This document shows, in pieces, positions 37,261 through 48,832 of a stretch of DNA of 64,000 nt. The DNA comes from a virus. Taxonomy: Duplodnaviria; Caudoviricetes. The notes beneath the pieces were generated by a model that saw only the letters and a list, made by a program, of their open reading frames with translations, was not told the origin of the DNA and did no database searches. The stretch is taken from positions 6,649 through 70,648 of the IMG/VR virus record IMGVR_UViG_3300014005_000001; one strand, 5' to 3'. The position numbers and the translations under genes are program-made. Positions within the stretch are counted from its first letter, which is position 1. Each line of letters begins with the position of its first letter.

Positions 37261-37271
37261 ATATTTTCCTC

Positions 37272-40200
37272 CTAAACGTTAGGTAGCTTGTACCATTGTC
37301 CTGCCATTCCCATAAAATAAAACCCATAGCCTTGACCACCATCAAAGAAACGAATGGAACCAGCTTGGCCCATTTTATTACGCCCTAAATTTATTCCCTG
37401 CGTTAGAATAGGTTGATTTATGAATACATCCTTTTCTGTAATTATATCAAAGGTCTGCCCATGAGTAGCTGGACCTATGTTGTTATTTACGCTGCCTATA
37501 GCAATTCTATTAAACGGTTGAAGACCGTCTGCCCTTTCAGAACCTGCACGATCCCAGTGATATACACAAGCGTAGTTACCACTCACCAATGTTATCCCAC
37601 TCACACAAACAGCTCTACCAGCAGAAACTTGCGCATTTGCAGCTGTAACTTTAACTACCATCATATGTTCTTGTGGATTGTAATTGTTAGGAACGGTAAA
37701 TGTGAAATTATACTTTCTAATTTCACCATAAAATGTAGATGGCTCTGGAAAATCTTTATATATTTCATGCCAAATTTTATAGGTTACATCATCGAGTGGT
37801 GTAACAAAACATACCTGCAATCGTGGTGTGGCAGTTGTACGCACACCATTGATCTGTGCAGTTCTATAATGTGCTGACAATGTATAAGAGTTTCCTGGAT
37901 GAATCCCGTTTTGAACTTTTGTTTCTGGATAATTATACGTGTCGACACGTACTGCATTTACCATTTGTTCATAGTTAAATATAAAAGTGTTATTTTCTAT
38001 CACTACACCGTTTCCTTGTACTTTCCAAGGTAGACCATATCCAGTACCAAACCCCTGATAATTGGGGGTACCTATGTTCAATTTTGGAACACTAGAAAAA
38101 TCATGATCGGCTATTAAATTCCGTTTTGGTATAACGGTTGTTTTCGTTCCCCATTCATCTTCAAAAAGGAAGTCTAACATTTTAACAGTAACGCCGTTTT
38201 TATCGATGGAAATTTTATCACCATTAACGTTTATAACATTCGTATCAATACCTTTTGCCGTTAACCATTTCACCATTGTATCTGCATTAATAGCAAGCTT
38301 TGAAACATCAATTGTTATTTGCTCTGCTGTTTGATTGATAGATGAAATAATATCGCCTTTTTTGACTGTAGAATTAATTTGATTGGCCATTACAGATAAC
38401 TGAGAAGTATGAGATTCTACAATAGCCTTACTTCCGAATTGACCGTTTGCTTCTATTTTCGAATAAACATCTGTAGCTTCTGCCTTTAAATCAATCCGGT
38501 CAGATTGCTGATTTATACTTGTTTCAAGAGTCGATACCTTGGAGTTAAACTCAGAAGTAGCCACTTTCTTTGCAATTTCCTTGACCATTGCATCATAGTT
38601 AGCGATATCTCGTGGATTCGGCAAAAAGACGGACTTAGTTGATCCTTTTTGGAATGAAGGGTTACTAATGTAGAATGAACCGTTTTGACGAATCCCAGTA
38701 GTTATCTGCAAGTGAGTTACAGGTTTCTCTAATTTAGGAATAGTCAACCTCATTTCCTTCCATACTCCATTTTCAAGTATATTCAGTAAGTCGAATCCAA
38801 CAGCTTTTACAAGAGTATCTCCGTTCCAAGCTTTGATTTCTGCATATGCCCCGGCATCAATGCTTGATTTATTCGTAGTTAAGTACATAGCAGAGAATGT
38901 ATAGTCACTCCAAATATCAATATTACTGAATACTTGGTTCATGCCTGTCCATGAGTCACTTGTGAAATTCCACGCAGATATTATAGTTGAGTTGTATCCA
39001 CCAAATCGAGATTGGGTATTAGGACGAAACTCAGCTTTCGTGACATCCGCTGTCCAAGTTCCCCAGTCTTTTAGGCTAGGATCAGAGGAAATGACATTTC
39101 CCCATTCGTTGATAGTCTTAGTTTCAAACAGAGCATTAAATATTAAGTTAGTCTCTCCGATTTTTCCTACATAGTCCTGCATCTGCGTTTCGGATACTTT
39201 GGATTCAATCTGATTGTTTAACTGAATGATGGAGCTTTTATTATCTTGGATAAGTTGTCCGTGTTCGCCTTGCGTTTGCGTTAGCGTTTTGATTGTTTGA
39301 GAATTTGAATCTGTAGTCTGCTTAACTTCGTTCAGGGTTGATTGCATTGTTCCTTGGTCTTTTTGTACTTTTGAGATTGTAGCTATATTACTATCAACTG
39401 TTTGTTTGATTTCATTAGTTTGACGATTAAGTTCATAGGTAGATGCATTTAATGTTAACCATGGAGTTGTGAATGAACCTTTCTCAAGCTTCAAATTACG
39501 GAACCGTATCTTTTTATCTTGAGAACTTTCCTTTGCATCAAAACGAATACGGAACATCCATCCTTTACAGTTTTCGTCTAACTTGAAAGTATAGCTCTCG
39601 CGTTTCCAACTTGTAGTAGTAGCGCAAAATTTGTTAGTAGGAACTGTCCACTGACCATTTACATATTGGAAGACCATAATTTCTACAAAGGGACACTCTG
39701 AAGATAAATCCATTGATAAAGTAATATCCTTGCCTATATCAAATCCTCTCAAGTTGTCACTTAAATAGTCACCAACTTGGAAGAAAGAATCAGTCCAGTT
39801 TGTACAAGTCATCCAAGTGTAATCATTTTCGTACCCTTGAAGTGTCTGATAGAAGTGAGAAGGAACGGGATCATTACCACTAACAAACTTAGGCCGCACG
39901 TTGTTAGCGGAAGAGTCGTATAAATGATTCTCATTGTTGATTGAGCCTTCTAACTTTGTAATTGTAGATGTGTTTTCTTCAGCTGTTTGCTTCACGGTGT
40001 TAACCGTTTGTTTAACACTTGTCAGATTCTCACCTAATTGAGTTACTTCGGTTTTCTCAGCCTTATTGCTAATTTCTTTAGCGTTCCTATTTACATCGGT
40101 TCTTAAATCAGTGAATTTTTGAATATTACCTTCTTTGTCAGTTTCATAAATTTGTTTTCCTATAAGATTTTGGTCAACCCAATCTTTTGTGTAAATACCT

Positions 40201-41735
40201 TCTATGTCGGCTTTACCCTCTAATTGTTGATTCAGCCAAGTCTTATCAGGCATATCTTTCACTGTGTCTTTTAAAGTATTAATCTCATTTTCTGCATCTT
40301 TAATACTTTGTTGTAATGGACCTGTATCTGGAACAACAAGCTCCCATACTGTACCTGTCCATATTTTCAAAATACCAGGCTTACCATTACTAATGTCACG
40401 CCATAGTGTTTTATTAGGTTTAAGGCCAGTAGTAGGTGGATTAGCTCCCTCTATAATATCTACAAGGTTTTGATCCATATAATCTTTAGTCTTTTCTGCT
40501 ATATCCTTTGCCACTTTACTTTCTTTTTGAGCTTGTTCGGCTGTACCCTTCGCTTCTTCTGCTAGCTTTTCTAGTTGTTCTAATAATTCTTTATTAGCTT
40601 TATTACCTAAAGAAGCAAGTACTCTATTGTATAATTTTCGCATTTCTTCATTCGGATCGGTAATTTCACGATAATCACCAAACGCGTATTTATCTTGTGA
40701 AGGATTAGTATGCGATTCGTCACCAACGATTGCACGTGCTTCTAAATAAAGTTTCGGTGTAAATCCAGTATCTTTAATTCGAATTGTATCTCCTTCATTA
40801 ATTAGCTCGTGAGATAATCCAAATACACGCCCTATAGCTGCTGCTTCTACATCGTAAACAACAGAAGTATTAACGCGTTTTGCGAACTCTGTTTTCATAA
40901 GAGTTAAAAGACGTTGCGGTGTCATATTTTGTTCTTCTGTCTCTGGAGAATAGAATCCAAATTTATGTTTACCCTTCTCATTCCAACGTTGAAAAGCATC
41001 GCTATCAGTAATATAAGGTAAACCATCGTTAATTTTTTCAACTGTGATAATAGTATCCCCTTCACCTTTGACGAATCCAACAAGGGCGGTGCAAACATCT
41101 CTAGAATGCTCGATACGCCTAACACCGACTAAATCCTTCCCTAAAGTTACTTCCTTGCCAGTGTCTCTACCGCGTTTTTTTACCATATCCACGTACCAGC
41201 CAACAATCTGTGAACCGACTACTTCTACACGGTATTGAATCTCTAATTCGAATAAAGAAGCTATTTTCTTTAAAAAGGTAAGAGGATCTATAATCGTATC
41301 GATGGTCATTGTATGGAAACCAGCATACTCTGTTTTGCCACGTTTCCATTTCATACCTGCAAGGGCCATATCCATAAACTGATTTACGGTTTTACCTTCT
41401 ATACGTTGCGGCATGATATAACCGTCTTTTGCTATCTGAACCCATGCTCCAGAAGCACGTACAGTAAGTGATCTATCTCTTGAATCCTTTTCGGCTTCAT
41501 TATTTATAACGTAAGGAACAATCCGTCCATCACGCACTTCTTTTAATACTAAATTTTGTTGCATGAGTGTAGCTGCATGCTCTGTATTATCAAACACTTT
41601 AAACTCTAACGTATCGATATTGTTCTTAATCTCCCAATGACGTATATCATCCCAATAATCTTGCGGCTGGATATTAGCAACAATTTGATCTGTTTTAAAA
41701 TCAATGACATGAAGTGTGCCGCTAGGTGCTCTCAT
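37272..41735 (-). CDS. Tail spike/minor structural protein (endopeptidase N-terminus, coiled coil, carbohydrate-binding-like domains)
   Basis: 1487 aa after Dit. Confidence 0.88.
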   Translation of the reverse strand: MRAPSGTLHVIDFKTDQIVANIQPQDYWDDIRHWEIKNNIDTLEFKVFDNTEHAATLMQQNLVLKEVRDGRIVPYVINNEAEKDSRDRSLTVRASGAWVQIAKDGYIMPQRIEGKTVNQFMDMALAGMKWKRGKTEYAGFHTMTIDTIIDPLTFLKKIASLFELEIQYRVEVVGSQIVGWYVDMVKKRGRDTGKEVTLGKDLVGVRRIEHSRDVCTALVGFVKGEGDTIITVEKINDGLPYITDSDAFQRWNEKGKHKFGFYSPETEEQNMTPQRLLTLMKTEFAKRVNTSVVYDVEAAAIGRVFGLSHELINEGDTIRIKDTGFTPKLYLEARAIVGDESHTNPSQDKYAFGDYREITDPNEEMRKLYNRVLASLGNKANKELLEQLEKLAEEAKGTAEQAQKESKVAKDIAEKTKDYMDQNLVDIIEGANPPTTGLKPNKTLWRDISNGKPGILKIWTGTVWELVVPDTGPLQQSIKDAENEINTLKDTVKDMPDKTWLNQQLEGKADIEGIYTKDWVDQNLIGKQIYETDKEGNIQKFTDLRTDVNRNAKEISNKAEKTEVTQLGENLTSVKQTVNTVKQTAEENTSTITKLEGSINNENHLYDSSANNVRPKFVSGNDPVPSHFYQTLQGYENDYTWMTCTNWTDSFFQVGDYLSDNLRGFDIGKDITLSMDLSSECPFVEIMVFQYVNGQWTVPTNKFCATTTSWKRESYTFKLDENCKGWMFRIRFDAKESSQDKKIRFRNLKLEKGSFTTPWLTLNASTYELNRQTNEIKQTVDSNIATISKVQKDQGTMQSTLNEVKQTTDSNSQTIKTLTQTQGEHGQLIQDNKSSIIQLNNQIESKVSETQMQDYVGKIGETNLIFNALFETKTINEWGNVISSDPSLKDWGTWTADVTKAEFRPNTQSRFGGYNSTIISAWNFTSDSWTGMNQVFSNIDIWSDYTFSAMYLTTNKSSIDAGAYAEIKAWNGDTLVKAVGFDLLNILENGVWKEMRLTIPKLEKPVTHLQITTGIRQNGSFYISNPSFQKGSTKSVFLPNPRDIANYDAMVKEIAKKVATSEFNSKVSTLETSINQQSDRIDLKAEATDVYSKIEANGQFGSKAIVESHTSQLSVMANQINSTVKKGDIISSINQTAEQITIDVSKLAINADTMVKWLTAKGIDTNVINVNGDKISIDKNGVTVKMLDFLFEDEWGTKTTVIPKRNLIADHDFSSVPKLNIGTPNYQGFGTGYGLPWKVQGNGVVIENNTFIFNYEQMVNAVRVDTYNYPETKVQNGIHPGNSYTLSAHYRTAQINGVRTTATPRLQVCFVTPLDDVTYKIWHEIYKDFPEPSTFYGEIRKYNFTFTVPNNYNPQEHMMVVKVTAANAQVSAGRAVCVSGITLVSGNYACVYHWDRAGSERADGLQPFNRIAIGSVNNNIGPATHGQTFDIITEKDVFINQPILTQGINLGRNKMGQAGSIRFFDGGQGYGFYFMGMAGQWYKLPNV

Positions 41736-43210
41736 CGATATCTCTCCCTATACGTTACTTTGGCTATTCCTACATCGGAAGGCATAATTTCAAGTTTGTT
41801 TGACCCCTTGTTAATAACTGGATAATCACTGAATATATCTTTTAGATTAATAGCTTTTTTACCATTGATTGATACAAGACTTCGCTCGGTATCAATAACT
41901 ACTTTATCTCCAACATCAAAAATATAAGGAGGATTATCTTGGGTATTCATATTGACTTTCCAAATTTTCAAATCATCAATGCTCATATCTGTACAAAACA
42001 TGTTATCCGAAAATTGACTAATGCTAATTTGAACTTGCGCTACCTTATCCATGTTCACATTATTTTCGTCTTCCCACACGACAAAGCGTTCCGAGTCATC
42101 CTTTTCGGTATTCCATAAAAACTTAGAAATATATGCTTCCCACCTATTACCGGTGCGAGCTAACCATAATCGTCCGCGATATTGATTCCATGTAGTAGGA
42201 TGGTCTCCTGGTTCATTTATAAGTACTCGCTCGCTGACAGGTTTCTTTTTGTTGCCGAGTTTAGCAAACCCTGTATTTTGTTCAGCTTGCCAATGGACAT
42301 CATTCATAGAAATACGAGCTACATAGTCGCTATTTTCATCTAATAAACCTATTTCAACGCGTCCCATTTGATCTGGATGCGAGCTTCTTACCCCAACATA
42401 CGCTTGCATAATAAAGTCTTGTAATGGCCCTTGTGGAATGTTCTTTTTAGCTATGCAACCATGCCATCCTTTTATGTTTGTTTCACCTAAATAAACTGGA
42501 ACCAGACGTGAACCTGCATCCACTTTGAACGCTCCACCTCCAATCATATCTTCTGAATTTGGGACATTAGTCCATCCTACAGTGGTAGACATTTCATCCC
42601 ACATAACACGTTGATTTCTCTCAACAGGCACCTGATCCATTCTAAGCGGCCATCCAATACGAAAATAATTATCCCCATTCCATACATCAAGAAAAGTGGA
42701 GGGTTTCGTTACTTCAATTTCAATAATTGGGTTAGATTCAACGCTCCCTTTGTTTTGAACATTTGCTGCTAGCCCACGCTCATTAGCTTGAAATTCTACG
42801 GTTTTAGTAGGTCCTAATTTATATGGCATAGGGCATACAAAAGTAATAACTCCTTTACCTCTATTAACTAGTTCTTCTGCATCAAATGCTCCATCTATTA
42901 GCGCTAAATACGTACGATCTGGTTCATCATCAAAAATAAGTTCACATTCCTGTTCTGTAACCAACCAATCCGCTAAATCTTCTTTTACTTTTTGTAAATC
43001 AGCAATATTTTCTGCTTTAATAATAAGAGGCACGTCAATTTGACGTGCCTGAACTTCTGTGTTTAATAGCCTTGCTCCTGGATATCCTTGTGTATATAAG
43101 AAATTACGTTTAACAGGTGCCCAAGCAGGTCTTTTACGACCTCTAGGCATTAAAATGTAGCTTCTTCTTTGATTATTAAATGTAAAACTTTGATATTCCC
43201 CCATGAGCAC
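41732..43210 (-). CDS. Distal tail protein with internal insertion (evolved Dit)
   Basis: GYPGARLL, LIFDDEPDRTY and FVCPMPYK motifs; 492 aa. Confidence 0.85.
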   Translation of the reverse strand: MLMGEYQSFTFNNQRRSYILMPRGRKRPAWAPVKRNFLYTQGYPGARLLNTEVQARQIDVPLIIKAENIADLQKVKEDLADWLVTEQECELIFDDEPDRTYLALIDGAFDAEELVNRGKGVITFVCPMPYKLGPTKTVEFQANERGLAANVQNKGSVESNPIIEIEVTKPSTFLDVWNGDNYFRIGWPLRMDQVPVERNQRVMWDEMSTTVGWTNVPNSEDMIGGGAFKVDAGSRLVPVYLGETNIKGWHGCIAKKNIPQGPLQDFIMQAYVGVRSSHPDQMGRVEIGLLDENSDYVARISMNDVHWQAEQNTGFAKLGNKKKPVSERVLINEPGDHPTTWNQYRGRLWLARTGNRWEAYISKFLWNTEKDDSERFVVWEDENNVNMDKVAQVQISISQFSDNMFCTDMSIDDLKIWKVNMNTQDNPPYIFDVGDKVVIDTERSLVSINGKKAINLKDIFSDYPVINKGSNKLEIMPSDVGIAKVTYRERYR

Positions 43211-43215
43211 CCTCC

Positions 43216-46200
43216 TTAAAATTGATCCTTGATTTCTTTTTCTCTTTTTTGTATTTCTGTTGTATATGGCGTTGTAATTTCAGCCACTGTTTTACCATCC
43301 ATTAAAGCAGTTAAATGAACAGTTAAATTGCCCTCTCTATCACTCGATGGAGTGCCTCCGCCAAATGCGCCACCAAATTGCTGAGCAAATCGGTTAAATA
43401 CTGCATCTGCAAACGGATCCATACGACGACCAACGAGTGGTACCGCTGCTTCCGGACCGGCTTCGCCAATACCAATGATTCTAGCTGAATCGAAGAATCC
43501 ACCGTATTTATGCCATTCAATACTAGGTACAGATGGAGGGGTTAAACTGAAACTACCACTAATTCTCGGTTGCGGTAATCGTGGTAATTTCCCTAATGAT
43601 ATATCTGGCAATTTTAATGTGAAGTCAAAGAGTTTTTTGATTTTTTCAATCCATCCACTAACTGTACTTTTTGTGTCACTCATTGAACTGTTTATTCCGC
43701 CACCATATTCTTTACCCTGACGAGATCCAATTCCTTCCCAACCAGAAACACCATTCATTCCACTTTTTCCGCCTTCTGCAACATTTGAACCAGCAGTTTG
43801 AGCCGCTCCTTTCGTACCGCTCAAACTCGTATGAAAACCAACTCCACCTTTTAGTCCTGCTGGATTACCATCAATTGTGTTTAACCCATCATGCGCTGCA
43901 GCTATTACATCTAAAGCGCTCCCTTTGATATAACCGCGCTTTGACATAATTCCGTCTCCGACTTCAGTACCGCCCTTAGCACCACCACCACCATCCGTTG
44001 TAGTTGCTAAAACGCTCTGAACATCATTTTTTGTTTGATTTGCTGCATTAACAGGAGAGGGATTGGAACCTAATCCATATCCCAGAGTATCAGATATATC
44101 AGAACCGATTTTCGTAGCATCAAGTTTTGCGCCATTAGCGATTAATTCTTTAATAATGGTTGCAGCAGTTTGGGCATCTATTTGCTTACTTTGCATACCT
44201 AATATAAGTGATTCGACAGTGAATGTACCTTCCGAACCAAGATCAACTTTAGCATTGCTCTTGATATCTAGCCCGATTAGCTGAGCTGCTTGAGTAACAG
44301 AAATAGCTCCTACATTCATCCCGTTTACGAGAGTCTGCATGTTTGCTTGACCTTCTGCAGTGGCATCTACTTTTACACCGTTTTTTACTTGTTGTTGGAA
44401 ATATTGAAATACAGTATCAAACGATAAAGTACCATTTTGAAGTCCCTGCATCCATGTACCGATTGTCATTTGACCATAGATTCCAAGGTCAATGTTTGTA
44501 TCATTTGAGAGCTTCACACCCAATGCCTGCTTAATTTCAGAAGTATCTTTACCTACCATAGCTTGCGTGAAGGTCTGCATAGATGCAATACCACTTTCGG
44601 ATAGATCAACTTTATATACTTCTTTTAATTTATTAGCATTAGCTACTGCTACATCATTCGCCTGTAATTCACCGTTTTTCAGTTTGTCAACAAACGATTG
44701 GACAGTAAATGTTCCAGCAGGTCCTAAATCAATTTTCATCTTACCGTCTATTTCTTTAGCCATCGTTTCAGCTAACATGATAGAAGACTTGGTACCTTTA
44801 GATAATTCAGCAGTGTATTGATTTAGATTTTCAATTTTGTCTCTACCGTATTGCTTTTCATAGTTAGAAAGTGCATCTTTATGAGCTTTTTCAGCTTTTT
44901 CTTGTTCGCTATTAAAACGAGTCATAGCCTCGCCATAAGTTTCTGATCCAAATAATAATTCTTTATATTTCTCATACCAAGCAGCTTTTTCTAATTCCTT
45001 TTTACGAGGATTTGCCAGAACAAGTGCTGCATCTTCAGCTTTTAAATTATTTTCTAACGCTTTTGTGCCTTCGTTACGAATACCGATAAGATCCATAACA
45101 TGTTTTTTCTCGTATAAATCAATTGCGTCTAAAGCAGCTTTACGATCTGATGCATCAACATTTCCAAGCTTAACTTCTTTTTCTAGTTGTTCGCGCATTT
45201 CATCAGTTTGTTTTGTTAAAGCATCGACACCATCTTTAAAAGTAGTCATAATATCAGTCATTTTTTTCTTACCAGCTTCTACACTCAGCATACCGCCTTT
45301 AGTTATGCTTTGAGCTAATCCGGTAAGTTGACTCGCCTTATCATAGAACAGCTTAATATTATTATCTGCTACAGCCATAGCCTGACGATATTGTTCCGCG
45401 AAGTCTTTTGGCATTTTCGCAACGTCGCCCTGATATTTTTGGACACCTTCCATAAGGACCTGGTTAGCAGTTCTTGCAGCATCAATTTGTTTATTAATTT
45501 GATCTACAATTTTGTTTTTCACCGTTTCCAATGTTTTTTGAGCACTCTCAGGTACTACACCCATCAATTGAGCAAACATTATTTCAAACTTACCCTTTTT
45601 ACCCTCAAGTTCTTTAATAACTTCGTTAGTCATTTCTTGAAATGCTTGAATAGTTTTTTGCTTTGCTTGCTCAGCTTCTTCACCTGTTTTAGTTCTCAAT
45701 TCCATCATGTGTAGAATTGCTTTATCTTTTAAGTCCTGATAGTGTTGTGCTCCTTGTGGTACTTGTGAAAATGAGCCGGATACCTTTTTCGTACCTTCAA
45801 TGATACTTGCAACCATTCCACCAAAAATTTCTGCAAATGGTTTTATACACATGACCATGAAGTCAACTACTCCTGCAAGTGCATCTCCCATTTGTCGCCA
45901 TACACTAACAGTTTCTTCAGAATCACTTTTAACCGAATTAAACCCTGCTGAAAATGCAGATTTTATTGAATCCCATCCATTAGTGACCGAATCCCGTAGT
46001 TTTTCTGAAGCATCCCACATTTTCATAAGTGATCCAACTATAATAACGATAGCACCAGATATAAGCGAAGCCATGCCAACTATACGAAGAAATCCTAATG
46101 CCATTGGCGAAATGACCATCCATAAAGCATTAAATGCCGCTTTCATTCCTTCTGCCCTTCCAATCCCTATAGCCATAGGAGATAAAAGAAGAGTCATTGC

Positions 46201-47973
46201 TGTTACTAAGTAGGCAAAGTTACCTGCTGCTGCAGAAATACTGGGGTTTAACTCATTTAGCTTGATAACGAACTCACCAACGGCGTTCCCAGCATCGACC
46301 ACCGTTGCTGCAACTCGTCCCCATGTTTCTACAAAAGGCTCAGCTGCTTTAGACCAGGTATTTTTAAAACGCTCCCAAGCAAGACCAAGCGGTTTTAGGG
46401 ATTCCTCTAATTCTTGGATTTGTCTTTGAGTTGATTCTTTTAAATATGAAAGTTCATCCGTTACTTTTTCTCGTGCTAATTGACCTTTACGTCGCCAAAG
46501 TTCCACATATTTATTTAACTCTTTATCTGACATTGAATTTAAGGCTTCTATTTCACCAAGCGCTTTCGGTCCCATTTTCTCTAATTCTGCAATTAGACCT
46601 TTATCTACACCACGTCTTGTCAGTTCTTTTAGATTATCAACCCATTTTTCGAAAATAGTGACTTGCGCTTGTAGATTATCTTTTAATGCTTTTGGTTTAA
46701 CAGCATTTAATTCAACTTTTTCGAATAATCCAGCCCAATCAGTAAGCTCTTGTAAACGCTTGTTATAAGCTTCATTGTAAGCTTCTTGTATTTTCCCTTG
46801 TTGCTTACGAACTTCAGCGGGATCTGGACCAAAAGAAGCTTTAGCCATTACAGTGGTAAACCCAACAAGTGCAATGCCAGCTACTATAGCTAATTGCTGA
46901 GTTCTCATCAGACCAGTATTAATTAATCGGACGCGATCCATGAGGTCTTTCATACTAGCATTTGGACCTAGTTGCCGTAGTGCAATGTTTGCTGCAGTAC
47001 CTTGACGTGCCATTCGCTCTAATCTGTCCCCAACTTGTAAAAACGCCCTATCAATTCGTTGAATATGGCTTGTATCACCTAAAGCGTCCATCATTCGTTG
47101 AGATTGGGTTTTCATTGCGTTCATGTGATCAATAGAGCGCATAAAACTACCTCTCATACGTTCCATAGCAATAGCTGTTCTATTTGCTGTATTGGCCGTA
47201 TGAATTCCCAATTGATCTAACATACTTGTATAAGCGGTACCACCACGAGCAGCCGCTTGCATTGCTCTATCTACTTCTCGCATTTGTCGCTCAAGCTGTC
47301 TCATACCCTCATTATAGGAGGCCATATCACCCGCATCTCGCAATTGTTCTAAGCGTTGTCTAGTTTCTCTAACATGTTCATTAAAGCGACGCATTTGTTG
47401 TTGAGCTTCTTCTGTTGAGACTCGCACTCTTCCGTCACGAGAAAGCCCCATAATGGCTAATTGGGTTGTCCTTGTTGTATCGCCTAATTCTTGAATAGCT
47501 CTCGCTGCATCTTTACCACTGCTTGTAGCACTCATCATCCGACTTAACGGAACTTGAGATCGTATAGCAGCATCAGCCAGTTGATCCAATGATTCAGTAC
47601 CGACCAAGCCCATACGCTGTATTTCAAAACGAGTACGAATTAAGTCATTACGGAAAGGGCTCAGATGCTCTGGTAAATTTAAAATAGGACGGGCTATACT
47701 TCTTGCCATCCTTCTCATTTGCCATTCCATCTGCCGTTCGGGACTAAATCGACTTAATCGGTTCTCCATCCGATTTATTTCTTGATCTAATATTTCAGAT
47801 GGACTAAATGAACGCATTCCACGTTCAATACCTTCCAGTGGGTTAAAGTCACGCATTCTACGTTGGGTTCTTCGACCAGAGTCTTCTATAAAATCAAAGA
47901 ATTGTCGGTAGGTCCGTCTGGCTTGGCTGTCATCTGCAGTTATATCTATTGAGGAACGTCCTGCATTTCCCAT
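43216..47973 (-). CDS. Tape measure protein (unit B)
   Basis: 1585 aa, helical; position; C-terminal GEAGPEAAVPL. Confidence 0.9.
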   Translation of the reverse strand: MGNAGRSSIDITADDSQARRTYRQFFDFIEDSGRRTQRRMRDFNPLEGIERGMRSFSPSEILDQEINRMENRLSRFSPERQMEWQMRRMARSIARPILNLPEHLSPFRNDLIRTRFEIQRMGLVGTESLDQLADAAIRSQVPLSRMMSATSSGKDAARAIQELGDTTRTTQLAIMGLSRDGRVRVSTEEAQQQMRRFNEHVRETRQRLEQLRDAGDMASYNEGMRQLERQMREVDRAMQAAARGGTAYTSMLDQLGIHTANTANRTAIAMERMRGSFMRSIDHMNAMKTQSQRMMDALGDTSHIQRIDRAFLQVGDRLERMARQGTAANIALRQLGPNASMKDLMDRVRLINTGLMRTQQLAIVAGIALVGFTTVMAKASFGPDPAEVRKQQGKIQEAYNEAYNKRLQELTDWAGLFEKVELNAVKPKALKDNLQAQVTIFEKWVDNLKELTRRGVDKGLIAELEKMGPKALGEIEALNSMSDKELNKYVELWRRKGQLAREKVTDELSYLKESTQRQIQELEESLKPLGLAWERFKNTWSKAAEPFVETWGRVAATVVDAGNAVGEFVIKLNELNPSISAAAGNFAYLVTAMTLLLSPMAIGIGRAEGMKAAFNALWMVISPMALGFLRIVGMASLISGAIVIIVGSLMKMWDASEKLRDSVTNGWDSIKSAFSAGFNSVKSDSEETVSVWRQMGDALAGVVDFMVMCIKPFAEIFGGMVASIIEGTKKVSGSFSQVPQGAQHYQDLKDKAILHMMELRTKTGEEAEQAKQKTIQAFQEMTNEVIKELEGKKGKFEIMFAQLMGVVPESAQKTLETVKNKIVDQINKQIDAARTANQVLMEGVQKYQGDVAKMPKDFAEQYRQAMAVADNNIKLFYDKASQLTGLAQSITKGGMLSVEAGKKKMTDIMTTFKDGVDALTKQTDEMREQLEKEVKLGNVDASDRKAALDAIDLYEKKHVMDLIGIRNEGTKALENNLKAEDAALVLANPRKKELEKAAWYEKYKELLFGSETYGEAMTRFNSEQEKAEKAHKDALSNYEKQYGRDKIENLNQYTAELSKGTKSSIMLAETMAKEIDGKMKIDLGPAGTFTVQSFVDKLKNGELQANDVAVANANKLKEVYKVDLSESGIASMQTFTQAMVGKDTSEIKQALGVKLSNDTNIDLGIYGQMTIGTWMQGLQNGTLSFDTVFQYFQQQVKNGVKVDATAEGQANMQTLVNGMNVGAISVTQAAQLIGLDIKSNAKVDLGSEGTFTVESLILGMQSKQIDAQTAATIIKELIANGAKLDATKIGSDISDTLGYGLGSNPSPVNAANQTKNDVQSVLATTTDGGGGAKGGTEVGDGIMSKRGYIKGSALDVIAAAHDGLNTIDGNPAGLKGGVGFHTSLSGTKGAAQTAGSNVAEGGKSGMNGVSGWEGIGSRQGKEYGGGINSSMSDTKSTVSGWIEKIKKLFDFTLKLPDISLGKLPRLPQPRISGSFSLTPPSVPSIEWHKYGGFFDSARIIGIGEAGPEAAVPLVGRRMDPFADAVFNRFAQQFGGAFGGGTPSSDREGNLTVHLTALMDGKTVAEITTPYTTEIQKREKEIKDQF

Positions 47974-48014
47974 TTATTCTCCTCCTTCCCCAAAAAATAA
48001 GAAGCCTGGGTACT

Positions 48015-48371
48015 TTACCCAGACTTCCACCATGTTCCTTGTGTAAATTTACTATTTTCTTGTTTTTGTTCTATTTCTTCTTTTTGGATTTCCTCAGGTG
48101 TAGGAGGAAGAATTTCATTAAAGTTTTTTCCCTCATTAAGCAATTGATCTGCAAATAGCAGTAAGCTCTGAAATTGTCCATATACAGTTTCTCTGTAATT
48201 TTGGTACTTTTGTTTTAAAGCATCGTTATACTTTCTTCTTATCCAATCCGGAGTATGATCAAGTACATATTCTTCGTTATAAGAATAATGTGCAGCTACG
48301 AAGCTTACTGAGTTGACGATTCCTTCGATAAATTCGGACCAGGAGTCTCCTCCTCTACCTTTGGAAACCAT
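48015..48371 (-). CDS. Tail assembly chaperone, second ORF
   Basis: Overlaps the upstream chaperone in the -1 frame; precedes the TMP. Confidence 0.6.
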   Translation of the reverse strand: MVSKGRGGDSWSEFIEGIVNSVSFVAAHYSYNEEYVLDHTPDWIRRKYNDALKQKYQNYRETVYGQFQSLLLFADQLLNEGKNFNEILPPTPEEIQKEEIEQKQENSKFTQGTWWKSG

Positions 48372-48829
48372 TTGTCCATTAGTGTTTTGAAGTCCGGCAG
48401 TTCCTTGTTGAACATCTTCTTCACTAACTGACGGACTAGAGTAAAAGTTTTTCCTAAATCAGTTTTATCCGCATATTCAATTAAAACTTCCAATGTTTCA
48501 TTTGGATCTAATTTCAATGCTTCCTCATCTGATACATCTAGTAAAATTGATAAGATATGAATGATTTGTTCCTCTTTTAATGATTCTAAAATTAGTGCGT
48601 ATGCTTCAAAAATATCTATTGTTTCATCCATCATAATTGCACGCGCTTGATTATAAATTCGAAAACCATCCACACCAATGAATTTCACGATACGAATAAC
48701 TTTTTTCATAGAAATCTTAGGAAGCAGTAGCTGCTTCCCATTTGATAGAGTAACTGATCCGATATGCTCGTCTACATCGATTGAATTTAAAATGTTTTTC
48801 ATAAATTTCTTCCTCCTACCTTTTTTCAA
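48305..48829 (-). CDS. Tail assembly chaperone
   Basis: Between the major tail protein and the TMP. Confidence 0.65.
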   Translation of the reverse strand: MKKGRRKKFMKNILNSIDVDEHIGSVTLSNGKQLLLPKISMKKVIRIVKFIGVDGFRIYNQARAIMMDETIDIFEAYALILESLKEEQIIHILSILLDVSDEEALKLDPNETLEVLIEYADKTDLGKTFTLVRQLVKKMFNKELPDFKTLMDKWFPKVEEETPGPNLSKESSTQ

Positions 48830-48832
48830 AAA

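Noticed and set aside
37413-48158. Opposite-strand and alternative-frame ORFs within the unit B tail spike, Dit and TMP genes
   Set aside because: Shadow ORFs with atypical composition and no translation signals
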